64,000 nt of DNA from Eledone cirrhosa (GCA_964016885.1 OZ024743.1:259346001-259410000), one strand, 5' to 3'; shown: positions 1 to 15,100, counted from the stretch's first letter. Made by a program: numbers and translations. The notes: a model not told the origin generated them from the sequence alone.

Positions 1-724
1 CAGTTCGTTTTAAGGAATCTATTAGCAGTTGTGGCTACAATGTCGACAGCCGAATTAAATTCATTGACGAAATATCTTTGGAAAGATTGAGGAAAACAGG
101 TTTACAGTGAAACAAAGTATAAGATATAAATAATATATATATATAACAAAATATATATAAGCAATTTTCCAATTGAAATAACCCCAGTGTGGTATTAATT
201 TCACCGAAGGGACATAGAAGAAAAAAGTAATGTGATGAGTTTAAACAGAATAAAAAGAGAATAAAGAAAGGTAGAAAATGTATCCATTTTCATAAAATAT
301 AATTGTTTCTACTTTAGGCACAAGGCCAGCAATTACCCAGTGCATTACTGGTACTAAAATATAATAAAATATAATTATGAGTATATGTATGCCTAGATGT
401 CAAAGATCTACCAATATGAACAACATCTTTGAATACACAGTGGCTAAGAAATTGTTAGCTGCTTTACAGTTCCCCCTTTTTACATTATTTTCTTTATCTT
501 CTTTTTTACGTCCATTTTGCCTCCAGTTGGCCTACCATTTTTATTATTTCTCCGTCTACCTTGCTTTTGTTTCTTACCTGTAAGGAGATTAGATACCCCC
601 CCCTAGTCTACCATGGGTTATTAGCTCTATACGGACGTTTAAATTGATTAAATGAATAGATATAAATAGCTTAATTTATGGATATATATATATGCATAAT
701 TTGATTTAAGAGTGTATTATATAT

Positions 725-1060
725 GTGGTTAGAGTGTTGGGCTCACGATTTTAAAGTTGTGAGATCGATTTGCGACCATGTGTTTTGTACCCGAGCAAAA
801 CACTTACTGTATTTCCCGGCGTCGAAGACGCTACTTTTTTCCTAAAATAAGTTTCGAAAATCTACCATTCGTCCTGGAGGCCGTAGGTTGCTTATTATTT
901 TTTTTCAAATTTTTGGTTGTCAAAATTAGGGTGCGTCCTCGAGAGCGAAGCGTCTTCGGCGCCGGAAATAGGTAAGTTTACATTGCTCCAGTCTACTCAG
1001 TTGAAAAAAATGACTTGTACTCTATAACCGAAAGGATCATCCAAGTCACACACTGAGGCT
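725..1060 (+). mobile_element. tRNA-derived SINE (split by the MITE)
   Basis: A-box-like GTGGTTAGAGTG head, B-box-like GATCGATT, body GAGCAAAACACT...TTGCTCCAGTCTACTCAG. Related copies at 1350-1630(-), 25015-25260(-), 50890-51115(-) and 56535-56650(+). Confidence 0.65.
807..972. mobile_element. pogo/Tigger-like MITE inserted in a SINE
   Basis: Imperfect TIRs CTGTATTTCCCGGCGTCGAAGACGC / GCGTCTTCGGCGCCGGAAATAGG flanked by TA (805-806, 973-974). It interrupts a tRNA-SINE-like sequence (725-1060). Confidence 0.75.
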
Positions 1061-2440
1061 CCCTGGAAACTTCGTTATAAATACACATATGGAATGCTGC
1101 TTTGTGGGGAGGATAAATCGACTACAGTACTTAATTGGTACTCTATATAACCGATACCAGAAGGATAAAAGACAATGTTGACCACGGCAGGATTTGAACT
1201 AAGAAAGAAACCGGAACAAATACTGTTAAGTTTTAACTACCCAATCAGTCCTTCACAGTCTAAAGAATAAAAGTGGAAGATATGCAATGCAGTTGTTTTC
1301 CAGTTTATAGATAATTCAGGTTGTTTTCTTCGTTAATACAATTATCTAAAGTCTGTCTCAAGATCGGGACTAATTAGGCTTGTGCCTATTCCGGTTTTCT
1401 TGGCATTAAGTGACAGAGAGTACAATATTTCCCCACTGGACATTATGTGAGTTCATTGCAGGGTTACCCACCCCCACCCGACTACTGCTGGTATTCCTTT
1501 TTAGCTCAGGATACTGGAGCAACGTAAAATGAAATGTGTTGATCAAGAATACAACATATAACCTTGTCCAGGAATAGAACTCACGAGATCATGATCGTAT
1601 GTCCAACAACCCTAACCACAAGGCCACACGTCTACAATATAAATGGGAAGGCTATAAACATCGAAGCCATTAATCTTTTCCAAAAGGAAATTGCATTCAA
1701 AAGAAAATGTCATTAAAATGCGATGTTCGTTCACAATGTCAAGAAATCTACTGTGGCAAAAATTGCCTGGATATTTAGCGCCCTAGGTTCGCTCAACAAT
1801 ATATATCCCCTTTTTCTAGTTTTGCATACCATTCGCCTCCCCAAAACAATTTCAAATTAGTTTCTTAAGGTGATGGACTAGGCTTTTGACTCTTCTTACT
1901 CTAACCACATTACGTACATTACTACACAATGCACACTCAATATCGCCAATTCATGTGACAGATCATCACACCACACGACCTTCTCCACCACTAGGGATAT
2001 TTCCACAATAATGACACAAGGAAAAGATGTTTATTGATTTATTTATTGACGACAGGAAATTACTATATTTAATTTGATTATACAAATTTGTAAAGCTGCG
2101 ATCCTTTAAAATTCAGTAATGCGCCAAAGGCAGCTTTCTAGTTGTATTTAAAAGTAGAATTGACTCTGTTTGTACAATGACTCCTTTAATGACCCCGTTA
2201 ATGGAATATAAAATGACTATCAAATAACAAATGTTTGTACGAACCAAATGTAGCATACTGTAAGTCTATATTAGGGGAAAAAGGTTTCATATTATATCAT
2301 CTTGTATAAAACAAATTAATAATGTGGAAATCTCATTTTTTTTATCAAGGAGTTAATGAAATAGTACTTATCTATCTACGTACGCACTGATTTAATGCCA
2401 GTAAAACTGGTTCGATCTACGTTGTTTTCAATTTATCATT

Positions 2441-3130
2441 AACTAGCATTAAAGCCCGGCCTTGCTCGGGGTCAGTAAGTTACCAAAGTTAGGTTGCACC
2501 ACCCATTTTATGGCAGCACTTTTTTGTCTGCCAGGCACTGGGTGAATGAATTGCAGACCTGGACTGCCGAAGCAGGAGCTGCGCCAGCAGTGACAATTGT
2601 AGTTTCGCCTATGGATATTATCTCTGCGCAAAGAAGTGTTGAAATTTATTGTTTCACAGTACTTGCGCAACACGCGCGTAGACGATGCCAGCCGAACAAC
2701 AGAGCTGCGATGGAGTTGTTCTGCATGGTTGTCTAATGTGTGTTTTCTAAATTTAAGACAGTAGGGAGGGGTGTGATATGGGGGAGAGTTAGCTGCTGTT
2801 TCTAACAGGTTTAGTGACCTCATAGAGGATATGTTTTGTAAATTTAAGACAGTAGGGAGTGGTGTAATATGGGGGAGAGTTAGCTGCTGTTTCTAGCATG
2901 TTTAGTGACCTCATAGAAGATATTATTGTGTATAGTAAATGAACTGATACTTCTTTCTTCCACGTTCGTTGATAGATGTTTTAAAAAAGATTTATCGCTA
3001 TTTTTGTTGTTGTTGAATAAATGTATCTGTTGCTTTTGAATAATTGTTATTTCGTATGAAATGTAATAAGTTCTCTTTGTCATTGAAGTAAATAAATGTT
3101 TGACCGTTCCACACTCAAAAACAAACGTTC

Positions 3131-3192
<62 letters not shown>

Positions 3193-3252
3193 AGTTTGTA
3201 AGTTTAATCATCATCATCATCATTATCTATAAAATGCAGATTGTTGTTGTTG

Positions 3253-3338
<86 letters not shown>

Positions 3339-3564
3339 ATGTTTCATGTTTATACATTTTCACAATTTCAAACCGATTCGACTCAACGTCTGTAAGAATG
3401 TTGTAAATGGTCGAACTTGGGTCATCGACTATTTATTTCATTCACACTCACCTACAATTACGGAAATAATCGATAAAACTAAATACATGACGCTTTACCC
3501 CTTTAATACAATCAGATTATCTCTCTCTACTCTCCTTAAACTTTAAGAGAGAGAGAGAGAGAGA

Positions 3565-3652
<88 letters not shown>

Positions 3653-4923
3653 GAGAGAGAACGTTTGTTTTTGAGTGTGGAACGGTCAAACATTTATTTA
3701 CTTCAATGACAAAGAGAACTTATTACATTTCATACAAAACAATTATTCAAAAGCAACAGATACATTTATTCAACAACAACAAAAATAGCGATAAATCTTT
3801 TTTAAAACATCTATCAACGAACGTGGAAGAAAGAAGTATCAGTTCATTTACTATACACAATAATATCATCTATGAGGTCACTAAACCTGCTAGAAACAGC
3901 AGCTAACTCTCCCCCATATCACACCACTCCCTACTGTCTTAAATTTACAAAACATATCCTCTATAAGGTCACTAAACCTGCTAGAAACAGCAGCTAACTC
4001 TACCCCATATTCAAAAGCAACAGATAAATTTATTCAACAACAAAAAAAATAGCGATAAATCTTTTAAAAAATATCTATCAACGAACGTGGAAGAAAGAAG
4101 TAACAGTTCATTTACTATACACAATAATATCCTCTATGAGGTCACTAAACCTGCTAGAAACAGCAGCTAACTCTCCCCCATATCACACCCCTCCCTACTG
4201 TCTTAAATTTAGAAAACACACATTAGACAACCATGCAGAACAACTCCATCGCAGCTCTGTTGTTCGGCTAGCATCGTCTACGCGCGTGTTGCGCAAGTAC
4301 CGTGAAACAATAAATTTCAACACTTCTTTGCACAGATATAATATTCATAGGCGAAACTACAATTGTCACTGCTGGCGCAGCTCCTGCTTCGGCAGTCCAG
4401 GTCTGCAATTCATTCACCCAGTGCCTGGCAGACAAAAAAAGTGCTGCCATAAAATGTGTGGTGCAACCTAACTTTGGTAACTTACTGACCCGGAGCAACG
4501 CCGGATTTAATGATAGTTATCTATAAAAGGCAGATTGTTGTTGTTGTGGGTGTGTGTGTGCATGTTCCATGTTTATACATTTGTACAATTTCAAACCGAT
4601 TCGACTCAACGTCTGTAAGAATGTTGTAAATGGTCGAACTTGGGTCGACAACTATTTATTTCATTCACACTCACCCACGATTACGGAAATAATCGATAAA
4701 ACTACATACATGCTGCAACTTTCTGTGATGAAGGGGAGTAAAGAGAGAAATCTGATTGTATTAGAGGGGTAAAGCGTCATGTATTTAGTTTTATCCATTA
4801 TTTCCGTAATTCTGGGTGAATTTGAATGAAATAAATAGTCGTTGACCCAAGATAGACCATTTACAACCTTCTTACAGATTTTCAGTCGAATCTGTTTGAA
4901 ATTGTGCAATTGTATAAACATGG

Positions 4924-5022
<99 letters not shown>

Positions 5023-5070
5023 CTGCCTTTTATAGATAACAACAATCTGCCTTTTATAGATAATGATGAT
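2441..5070. mobile_element. Nested Helentron/HINE-like (Helitron-associated) non-autonomous elements in opposite orientations
   Basis: The + copy begins AACTAGCATTAAAGCCCGGCCTTGCTCGGG (2441), resumes at ~4737 and ends (CA)n-(CAA)n-CTGCCTTTTATAGATAATGATGAT (~5070). A full - copy lies at ~3224-4518 and a further partial - copy at 4519-4710. The result is long inverted repeats (2450-3125 vs 3660-4500). The terminal motifs match the HINE/DINE-1-like layout. Confidence 0.6.
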
Positions 5071-5689
5071 AACAGTTCAAATTTTCTAAATGACAGCAGA
5101 TTGTGGGGCGGAAAGGCTCAATTGCAATAATCGCAGTACTTGACTGGTACATAATTTTGTGGATCTCGGAAAGATAGAATGATCGGTTGATCTAAGTGGG
5201 ATTTGGACTAAGAACGTGAACAGCCGGAAGAAATACCACAAGTCATTTCGTCCGACACTCAAACGATTGTGCCAGGCGATTAGAACGTTCCAGAACAAAG
5301 AGAAAGCCGCAATAAAATATCCCAACCATATATGATCTGGAACTAAAGTTAGAAATCATAGTTTCATAACAATCCATTCTAGATTTCCAGTAAAAAAAAA
5401 TATTTGGCTGATAAATTCTGTGTAAATTGTATCAATTGCATGATTGAAATAGAGTTGTGTTTTTCACACAAAAATATGTTCCAAAGGAAATGTAAATTGA
5501 TCTACCAATCTTGCCCGAGACACGTTCTTTGTCGTTAAGATCTATTTAAAAGTTTCAAGTCTCAGACCAATTTCAGTTTTGCTACTCAACACAAATTGCA
5601 GCATTGAACCTCAATTGGGGGAAAACCATGACAACAGAATCGTAGAAATATACATTGTCCTTTCTCTCCACTTTCTGAAAAATTCCTTA

Positions 5690-6016
5690 TAGTGCATTAT
5701 AGCATATTCTAGTTTATTATAGTTCATTATATTTTATTATAGTTTATTAGAGTATATTAGAGTATATTGTAGTTTATTACAGTATAATGCAGTTTATTAT
5801 AGTTTATTACAGTTTATTATAGTTTAATACAGTATATTATAGTTCATTTATTATGGTTTATTATAGTTTATTATGGTTTATTATATATTATTATGGTTTA
5901 TTATGGTTTATTATAGTTAATTATATTTTAGGTAATTTATTTTAGTTTATTATAGATCATTATAGTTTATTATAGTATATTATAATATATTAGAGTATAT
6001 TATAGTATATTATAGT
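5690..6016. repeat. Degenerate 10-bp satellite (TTATAGTTTA)n
   Basis: Visible tandem periodicity. It resumes after the LINE insert at ~6495-6700. Confidence 0.85.
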
Positions 6017-6495
6017 ATGGAAATCAAACTTGCCGGCCAAAGTGAAAAGGAATTTCTTCAGAGTTGCTGTGGAATCTGTGCTTGTTTATGGCTCTATCGC
6101 TTGGACGCTAACGTCGAAACTGGAGAAAAAAAAAGACGAGGTATACACACGTATGCTCCGTGCTGCTTTAAACGTATCTTGGAGGGAACACCCAGCAAAT
6201 AAGGATCTCTATGACAACATACCACCTATCAGCAGGTCAATACGTGGACAGAGACTCAGATTTTCTGGCCACTGTTGGCGCAGCAAGGCGGAAATAGCAG
6301 GTGATGTATTGTTATGGAGTCCATATCATGGAGCAAGAAACGCTGGTCGTCCCAAGAAGACATACGTCAAACAACTTGAGGACGATACTGGATGCACTGC
6401 GGAAGAACTGGAAAACGCTATGAGAGACAGAGATGGATGGAGGAAACGTGTCGTAGAAAGCCAAGCAAGCTCGACCTGATGATGATGATGATGAT
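6017..6495 (+). mobile_element. 5'-truncated RTE-like LINE 3' end with (GAT)n tail
   Basis: ORF 6030-6479 has VESVLVYG..W, RLRFSGHCWR, GRPKKTY and DRDGWR, the RT thumb/C-terminus of RTE-type LINEs. (TGA)n follows directly. Confidence 0.85.
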
Positions 6496-6539
6496 AGTTT
6501 ATTGTAGTTTAATATAATTTATTATAGTTCATTATAGTT

Positions 6540-6650
6540 TATTTCAAATCCCGCCAGGTTAACTTTGCCTTTCATCCTTACGGGGTTGATAAAATAAAGT
6601 ACCAGTAATGTACTGGGTAATTGATGGCCTTGTGCTAAAAGTAGAAACAA
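6540..6650 (+). mobile_element. Abundant SINE family (core TTCAAATCCCGCCGAGGTCAACTTTGCCTTTCATCC...GATAAAATAAAGTACCAG), representative copy
   Basis: The same core recurs at about 1110-1210(-), 5120-5280(-), 8150-8310(-), 11595-11790, 13540-13625(-), 21250-21410, 21590-21690(-), 25480-25670(-), 34600-34810, 35200-35345, 35375-35580, 51355-51560, 51580-51800, 52540-52650 and 61650-61780. Confidence 0.75.
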
Positions 6651-6748
6651 TTATAGTTTATTTTAGTTTATTATAATTTATTATATTCCATTATAATATA
6701 ACAATATATTAGACTTAATTATAGCATATTTAAATTGGAAGGCCCATG

Positions 6749-6785
<37 letters not shown>

Positions 6786-7092
6786 GTGTGTGCGCGCGCG
6801 CGTGTATGTATGTGTGTGTGTGTGTGTATATATATACATACACACACACTTAGAAACCCTTTCTATTTAGCAGGATACAGTAATGATGTATTCGTTTCTT
6901 TGAAATCACCGGTTGTGATTTCATTCAACATCACCATCTCTCTCTCTCTTCCTTTCAAAATATTTTCCCATTATGCGCCCTTTTGGCTGTATTACATTAC
7001 AGACAAGCAAGCAAGCAATCAATCACATAGTTTTAGTAGTATACAAGCAAGCAAGCAAGCAATCACAGACTTTTAGTAATATATAGATAGAT

Positions 7093-7845
7093 ATCTTTCT
7101 TTATTTGCCACATGGACGTACAAAAATGGGATATTACAAGACGTGACGGCGGGGGTTTTACATAAAATATTTAACAATGATAAATAACATTAAAGTATGT
7201 AAAAATAAAACAATTGAAATCCTCATTGGGGGCGGAGGGGGGGACGACGACGCTACTGCGAGGTTGTTTTACACCCCGTGGATAGAACAACCCTCAACAC
7301 CAGGAACACGTTTTGTAGGTGTTCCCGTCTTCCCTCTGTTTATCTTCCTCAACCTACAGATTTATATACAGAGCAGGCCCATTCACCCGGGCCATTTTCG
7401 CTACATTTACCCACCTTTCAGCGCATTTACTGGGGTGTAGAACCTCTCTCTCCACTTTCACCTTCCTTCTGAAGTGGTACTTAAAGAAGGGGATGAGTTG
7501 TTGTCCGGAGAGAAAGATGCTTGCCCTCAGTCCTTTTAACCTCGTCCACCGTATTACCTCTTTCGCCATAGCCACCAGACAGAGGAAGACCGCCTCTCTT
7601 TCATTGTTAAATGAAGGCGGCGGGGTGATCCTCACGATGGACTCGGTTGACAATTGGATGCGTCCTACACATGACAGTAGCTGTTCGACATAATTCCACA
7701 GGCCGGTCACCCCTGGGCACTGAACAATTGCGTGCAGAACGGTTTCGATGTCCTGCTCGCTTCTAGGACAGGTCCTTTTGGCAGGATCTCTGCCAGGGCG
7801 TCCGTGCCTGTAGATTTTGTCTCGAACTGGTAGAGCTCCTCGGTA
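7093..7845 (-). mobile_element. Tx1/L1-type LINE 3' fragment (zf-RVT region)
   Basis: The minus strand encodes RGALPVRDKIYRH...CPRSEQDIETVLHAIVQC..LWNYVEQLLS and has an AATAAA-type tail. Same family as 33023-34100. Confidence 0.75.
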
Positions 7846-8645
7846 TAGATACTATAGATTGATAGATAGTACATTATAGTTTATTTTAGTTTATTTTAAT
7901 CTATGTTTTAAATGAATGTTTTACAGTATTTAATGTGTTGCTAACTCAATTTTACGTTCAAATCCTCTAAAGTAGCAAACTATGTTTTCCTTACAGACAT
8001 CAATCTACCCAAATTTAAGATGAACTTCAACTACATCAAACTCATTAGTCTACAAGGGTCTCTCAATGTCAAAGGTGTTGAACTTTCCTTGCAAATTTAA
8101 TGCAAAAACAAAATTTTAACTCGTACAAATATATCGATTTTTCATATTGACACAAGGTACGAAGGAGGGGGCATAGTTGCTGGAATGAACGTTTCTACTT
8201 AAGTCGTTTGTATTTCATCGATCTCAAACACATAAAAGACAAAATTGATCTTGATGGAATTTGAACTTTGAACGCAAATTGAAAGGCATTTAGTTTGGCG
8301 CGAAGCATTTTCTGTCAATCAAATAGTCTTTTAATGGGTCTAAACTACAAATGTCGGTACCATAGTTGATTGGATACTGTCTACTATAACCCTTATTCAA
8401 AAGAACGGATAATTATTTAGAATAGTAGATTATTTCAAAAGAACCAATAATTATTTTACATATTCAAAAGATCCGATAATTTGTTCAAGTATGGCAATTG
8501 TGACGAACGAATGTGGGGAGTGCACGTGTGTGTGCGTATGTGTGTATGTATTTGTGTATGGGGGGGGGGGTGCGTGTGTGTCTGTATGTATTTGTGTATA
8601 CGTGTGTGTATGTGTGTGTGTTTGTGTGTGTGTTTGTGTTTTTGA

Positions 8646-8683
<38 letters not shown>

Positions 8684-9051
8684 CCGCGTGCCGTTGTATG
8701 CTGTGGTGTTCGTGTCATAAGAAATGATGTATGTGTGTACGGGGTTATGTGTTTGCCATTATATGTAATGTGTGCTTGAATGCAGAGTTTGTTTGCATGT
8801 ATGTATATATGTATATATGAATGCATTGACGTACGTGGAATTCTACGTGAGCTGTGAACATTTTTATCTTATATACGACGGTTCGATTAATAATCCGTAT
8901 TGTTCAGCCACACCAGCTTCAAGTAGGTACAACGTATAAATATAAAATACTTTATTAATGTGTACTGAGTTTCAACAAATCATAGTGAAAAGTGGCATAG
9001 AGGATACTAAAAAAATTCAACACACACACACCACACACACACATACATACA

Positions 9052-9110
<59 letters not shown>

Positions 9111-12006
9111 TATCAGAGGTTAATGTAATCTTTGTCTTTCATTCTTCCAGAGTTGCCTAAAATAGTTCGTCAAGCGTTGGTATGGCTTGACTATTAATTG
9201 ACTATATCTTAACCCCAAATGTATAGCGTTGTGCATAGGTTAAAAAATCAATATAAGGAAGCTTCAATTTAACATATTTGCTACAAAATTCTCTCTCGGG
9301 AATATGTCGTATTGTTTATGTGTATGTGTCGACTTTTTTGAGGTAGCAATTAGTGAAGATCTTTTTAGGCCTAATGATATCATGAAATCATTGATAATAG
9401 ATTGATGTGTATGTATGTGGGTGGTGTGTGGGTGGGTGATGAATCTCCGTCCATTCTAACGAGGAGTGTTCCAGATGTTTGATGAATGGAACAGACAGCT
9501 CGTGAAATTAATATGCAAGTCACCAAGCATTTCAAATACACATGTACGTTATAGTATTTATTAGGAAGCGTATTTATCGGAAACGGTGTGGTATGATGGC
9601 AAGCCCTTTGAGATATATCTGTATGGAATAGATCAATGTAAAATATAGTATCTTGCTCAAGGAGACAATACCATAGCACATTGTTCGATTACTAATATTA
9701 CGTGTGTGTTAACAGGGCTTCGTTTCAAACCCTAAATACATTTTGTAGTACTGTATAGCATTGGAACAGAACACATAACGCACCAGTAATACATACGTAC
9801 ATACATATATACACACACACGTACATACATACACATTCACGCACACACACGCACGCATACACAAACTCATATATGTGTGCATATGTATATATATATATAT
9901 TAAAGAACGATGCAAGTAGAATGAGGTTAAAGGTGAAAAAGGCAAAATATATACAAATAAAACTTAGAAATATGTGCACACAGAAAATAATTTAGTCGAA
10001 TGAAATAAAAAGAAACGGATCTGACGTTTCGGGTTAAACACTTTATCAAAGCAGAGTAAAAACAGAAAAGAAGTATGAGTGAATGAAGAAACGTATTATG
10101 AATTACACGTCTGTCAACGCCAGGTAATTAGCTGAGGTTTTCATAGAAACTAAATTTGAAGCTAACGGGAAACACATACGTCATGAATTGGTCAGCGCAT
10201 TTTTTATTTGCTTCATAAACAGGTTTTTGTTTATTGCTACTCTGAGACAGTTATTTAGTGAGCGTTCCAAATTGTCTCGTCAAATCTACTTTTGCAATAT
10301 AACTCATTGAGTTGTGATAGTTCTAGTTAAATATCTATCATGGCCAGATATATATCATGCCGAGCAAATGAATGAATAAGACAACAAATTTGACCTTAAA
10401 GAATGTGAATAAATAATTTGCCACCCACAGACAAAAATATCATCTCTTTGCAACTACGTATTTCAACTATTTTCTGTTAGAAAGACTGTAAATACGTGTC
10501 GTCGAGATAGCTTACGCCAACAGCTATAGATAAAAAGAAAATAGCAACAATTTGGTGATTAACATATGACTAAACGTCAAGTAGATGTTTACATTTTAAC
10601 AGAGCGAAACGTGCTGATATAAGAGTGTGTATGAGAGAGAATAAAAATATGAACGCCAGGTGCTCACAATTTAATCGCCCCCTCCTATATATCCTTCTTT
10701 TATCTTCTTTCATAAACGTCTTATACCTGCACGTCTCTATGTGTTGAAATATAAATATTTATCCGCCATTCAATCCTTGGTTAATCGCCAATATCTCTAA
10801 TTTAATTGTTGAACCAACCAGCGATAGCCAGAGATCCACTATGCGATCCCCACTGACTTGCTAGAAACAGCTGTGGAATCCCCCGAAATCACAGCTTGCC
10901 GTTTTAGAAATGAAATGGTCATTGGACAATAGGTTTATATAGGACACACTGATAGACAGGATGGCCACGACTGGGAGGTTTTATCCCAGTTCTCCTTGGT
11001 AAGTGTTGATCTGAGGTTAAGCAACACTAACAAAAACATATAATTGTTCAAGATATAGTTAGTATGTAAAGTATAAATAGGTTCGTATAAAAGCTTCTAA
11101 CAGATGTCAATGAATGTTACCGTCTATAACAAGATATTTCCAATATAATCAAGTTGAAAGGAACCCCTCAAGCAAGGTACAAAATATGCTAAGCTGAAGA
11201 ACAGCAGGATCTGATAACATGTACTGGTAGTTAAAGGCTTTCAAATGTTTATTAGTATATATTTATATACGATGAACTTCTGCAGCTTACGTGTGCTAAA
11301 TTACTCTCACAGGGCATTGGTCAATATCAGTTTATAGTAGCAGACATTTGCCAGTGGTGCTGCACAATGCAAGTAAACCACGTAGTTGCAAAGATGATTC
11401 TTTGACGACTGGAAAATGATGAAGTACCATGCTCTCATATATTGATATGGTTACACTGCAAATAATTAGTTATAATAACCATTGTCAATTCTATGTTTAT
11501 TCGAACAGCAGTTCTTTTCTAAAGGTTCTTAATTCTATCAAGTTTGGTTATTTATTATGTTTCTTATACTATTTTATTATTTTACTAGTCGGAAGGGCGG
11601 CGGATTGGCGAAATAATTAGTGTGCCGGACACCATGCTTCACAGCATAGTTACGGCCCTTTACGTTTTGATTTCAAATCCCACCGAGGTTAGCTTTGCCT
11701 TTTATCCATATGTATCAGTGACGCACTGAAGTCAATTTAATCTACTTTCCCCTCCCAAACATTGTTGGCGTTGTACCTAAATTAGAAATCATCATTTTAC
11801 TAGTTTCAGTCATTAGGCTGTGGTCATTCTGGGGCACCGCTTTGATTTAGTTAAAAATATTAACTTCAGTACTTATTTTTTAAACATCAAACCCGGTATT
11901 TAGTTTATCCATCTTTTTTTGTCGAACTGCTAAGTTTTTAAACATAGACACGAACATACATACACATACATAAACACACATACACACACGCACACGCATA
12001 AACAAG

Positions 12007-12090
<84 letters not shown>

Positions 12091-12093
<3 letters not shown>

Positions 12094-12191
12094 CGAAGGA
12101 AATGTGGTAAGGAACCAGATGGACCATAACGCATCCTGAAATAGGCGTCGAAACGGCTTGAGCTCAGCCGTCGGGGTCCTACTCGTTCCTA
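12091..12191. mobile_element. Short fold-back repeat family 'GGTAAGGAACCAG', copy 1, inside (TA)n
   Basis: Shares sequence with 27745-27890, 43357-43543 and 49467-49638. It switches strand internally at ~12136. Confidence 0.7.
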
Positions 12192-12256
12192 TATATATAT
12201 ATATATTTATATCTATATATATATATATTTATATATATATATACATATATATATAC

Positions 12257-12321
<65 letters not shown>

Positions 12322-12322
12322 C

Positions 12323-12454
<132 letters not shown>

Positions 12455-12952
12455 ATCTATGTGTATCTTTCTGTATGTAGGTGTGTGTCTGTGTGTGTGT
12501 TGACAGGTTTCAGTTTCTGTCCAAAAATATCACTCACAAGAAATTGGTGAAGCCGAGGATATCGTAGAAGATAATGCACCCCGCAGTGTGACTGAACCCA
12601 GAGCCACGTGGTTGCGCAGCCGACTCCTGAACCACACAGCATTTCCATCATCAGTTCATTTGTTTTGTTTGTTAGTTCTTTTATAAACATTTTTGTTTAG
12701 ATTGTCAGTTCTGTACTTCTGCATTTCATCATTGTCTAATACTTTGTTCTAAGTATCAGCTTAATGTTTGCTACAATATCTTTCTGGTTTTCTGCGTAAA
12801 AAAAGCTATTTATTTTAGCCTAGCCTTATTTTGATAATACATTTCGAGTAGATTGAAGATATCAAGAGATAACCTGGTGACAGCAATATTGTGTTATATA
12901 TACATACATACATACAAACACACACACGCACACACACCAACACACACACACA

Positions 12953-13004
<52 letters not shown>

Positions 13005-13129
13005 ATTAATTAGAAGTCAATAGGTTAGAATTTACCTCATTTATTCGTTAAAAAAATCAATGTCAGTTGCTTAACTAACACAAAATATACCAAGTATATA
13101 TTTATATATAATGATGATGTTGAACTCTC

Positions 13130-15100
13130 CCGTTGTATTAGACGTATGAGGGTTCAACAGACTTCTCAGTTCATCTACACAGCAAGCCGGATTTAATGCA
13201 GATGACAGGATTTTGAACGGGGCAGGATGAAAGGTTTGATCGAATCATGGTAATAGATTTTAGATCATGACGATGTAGCAGACGAGATTTCTTTATACCT
13301 TCATGGCAAACAGTTTTCCATTTTCTACGATCAGCATCTAATGTTTCAAAAGAAGTAAGAAATAAGTTCTCAGACATAAGATTGTACTTCAGTTTGTCTT
13401 TTCGTCTGAGTACTGGTCTGCCTACATTATGGGCACCATCCTAAAACTGAATGTATAACAGTACCTTTGGTGTGCAGTCATCAGTCATCCGTAGAACAGG
13501 ACCAGCCGATCTAAGTTAGACTTGTATCAGTAATAATTGTTTCTACGTTTGGCACAAGGCCAGGAATACATTACTGGTTCTTTATTTTATTGACCTCGTA
13601 AGGATGAAAGGCAAAGTTAACCTCGAATGCAATCCTACTAATGTTGCATCTCTTGAAGAGGTCGGCATTGGAGATATAACCACAAATAGAACAAAAACAA
13701 TGTTTTTGAAAGACATAAAGTTTATACTTGTGGGTGCGATAAATTGGACATGCCTCTGAGCCGCATAAGAATGTTGTCAGCACCATTGCAAGATACACTG
13801 CCACTTTCGTTTTCAGGGACATACTTCTGACACCTGATAGATGATGATGTAGTTTGCCAAAAAAAGTCATTTGTTTTGGAGACGCGATTGATTATCTCAT
13901 TATCCAGGGATGCAGAGGTGTTTACATTGTTGCTAATGTAAGTAAAATAATTCACATGCTCCAGTTCCTTGCCATTGACAGTGATGGGAATACGGGAATT
14001 CCCGTCTCCCGTTTGTCTGTGTTAAACATTTTTTACTTGCCTGGGCGTTCGCTTTGGTTGTTGCACCATCCCAGTCTTCTTGATACCGATTGTTAAACTA
14101 AACGCGTTACAGGCAAGCAAGAAGATGTTCATCAATTCTTGGGTCACATTGAGTAATGTTGCAACAAATGCAACATCATCAGCAAACACTTATTCCACGA
14201 CTACCACGTGTTGATGTTAGAGTTTTACCCTTAAAGGGTTGATGGTTGGACAGTCCACCTCATGTGTGGAATTCAAATCTGACACTAAAGTCACCAAATG
14301 TATACTGGAGCATTACAGAGAAGAACAGAGAAAAGAGATCAGCAGCCCTAACACAACCCTGCTTCGTACCGTTTGTGACACCAAAGTATTCAGAGCATTC
14401 GCCATTTCAGATATCTGATGATTTCATGTCCTCATGAAAAGACATGATGATATTCAGCATATCATGATGTATGCCAAGCTTTATGAGGATTTTTCAGATA
14501 GTGTTGCGGTTGACAGCGCCAAGGGCTTTGGTAAAGTCGACCATAACTATAAACAGCTTCTTCTTTTGACGAGCCTTCTCTGTAATTTAGTAAAGGCAGA
14601 TCATGTCAATAGTACCCCGACCAGTGCGGGAATCACATTGATTTTCAGAGTAGATATCATCAATAATTCTGGGTATAATTCTGTTGAGAATAACACGTCC
14701 GATGCCGCGCGAGAAGAGAAAAGGGAGAATGTTCTTGAACAATTGGATTATAGATGCATCTCTGAACGCTTGAGTGATACGGCCGACCTTCCAGATTTCT
14801 AGAAATACTCGAAGAAGCTTACAAACTTGTATTTGACCATCATATTTGAAAATCTCATGAACTTTATTGGATAAGAGTTACATGATATCGGCTTGTACTT
14901 CATTCAAACGTGGATTGAATGCTAATTCGGGTCTTTGTGCAATAGATGGTGTTACATCTTCATCTACTCAGCGTTAAAGACATTCTCAAAGTGTTCATTC
15001 TAGTGAGAGAGTATCTCATCTTTTTATGTAGGGTTCTATCATCAAAGGATAGAATTGGTTTTGACCTGATCCCCTTCTTTCCTCTTGTTATTGCTGTTAT
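13130..15100 (-). pseudogene. Heavily degraded RTE LINE (RT region)
   Basis: Fragments: DFTKALGAVNR (DFTKAFD-like), GTKQGCVRAADLFSLFFS, VFADDVAFVA, LDNEIINRVSK, TKVAVYLAMVLTTFLCGSEA, DRRKWK. Many stops and frameshifts, plus a SINE insertion. Confidence 0.8.

Noticed and set aside
2449-4498. Duplicated 111-124 aa ORFs on opposite strands
   Set aside because: They come from inverted copies of one non-autonomous element, have no recognisable motif, and the frame differs between copies.
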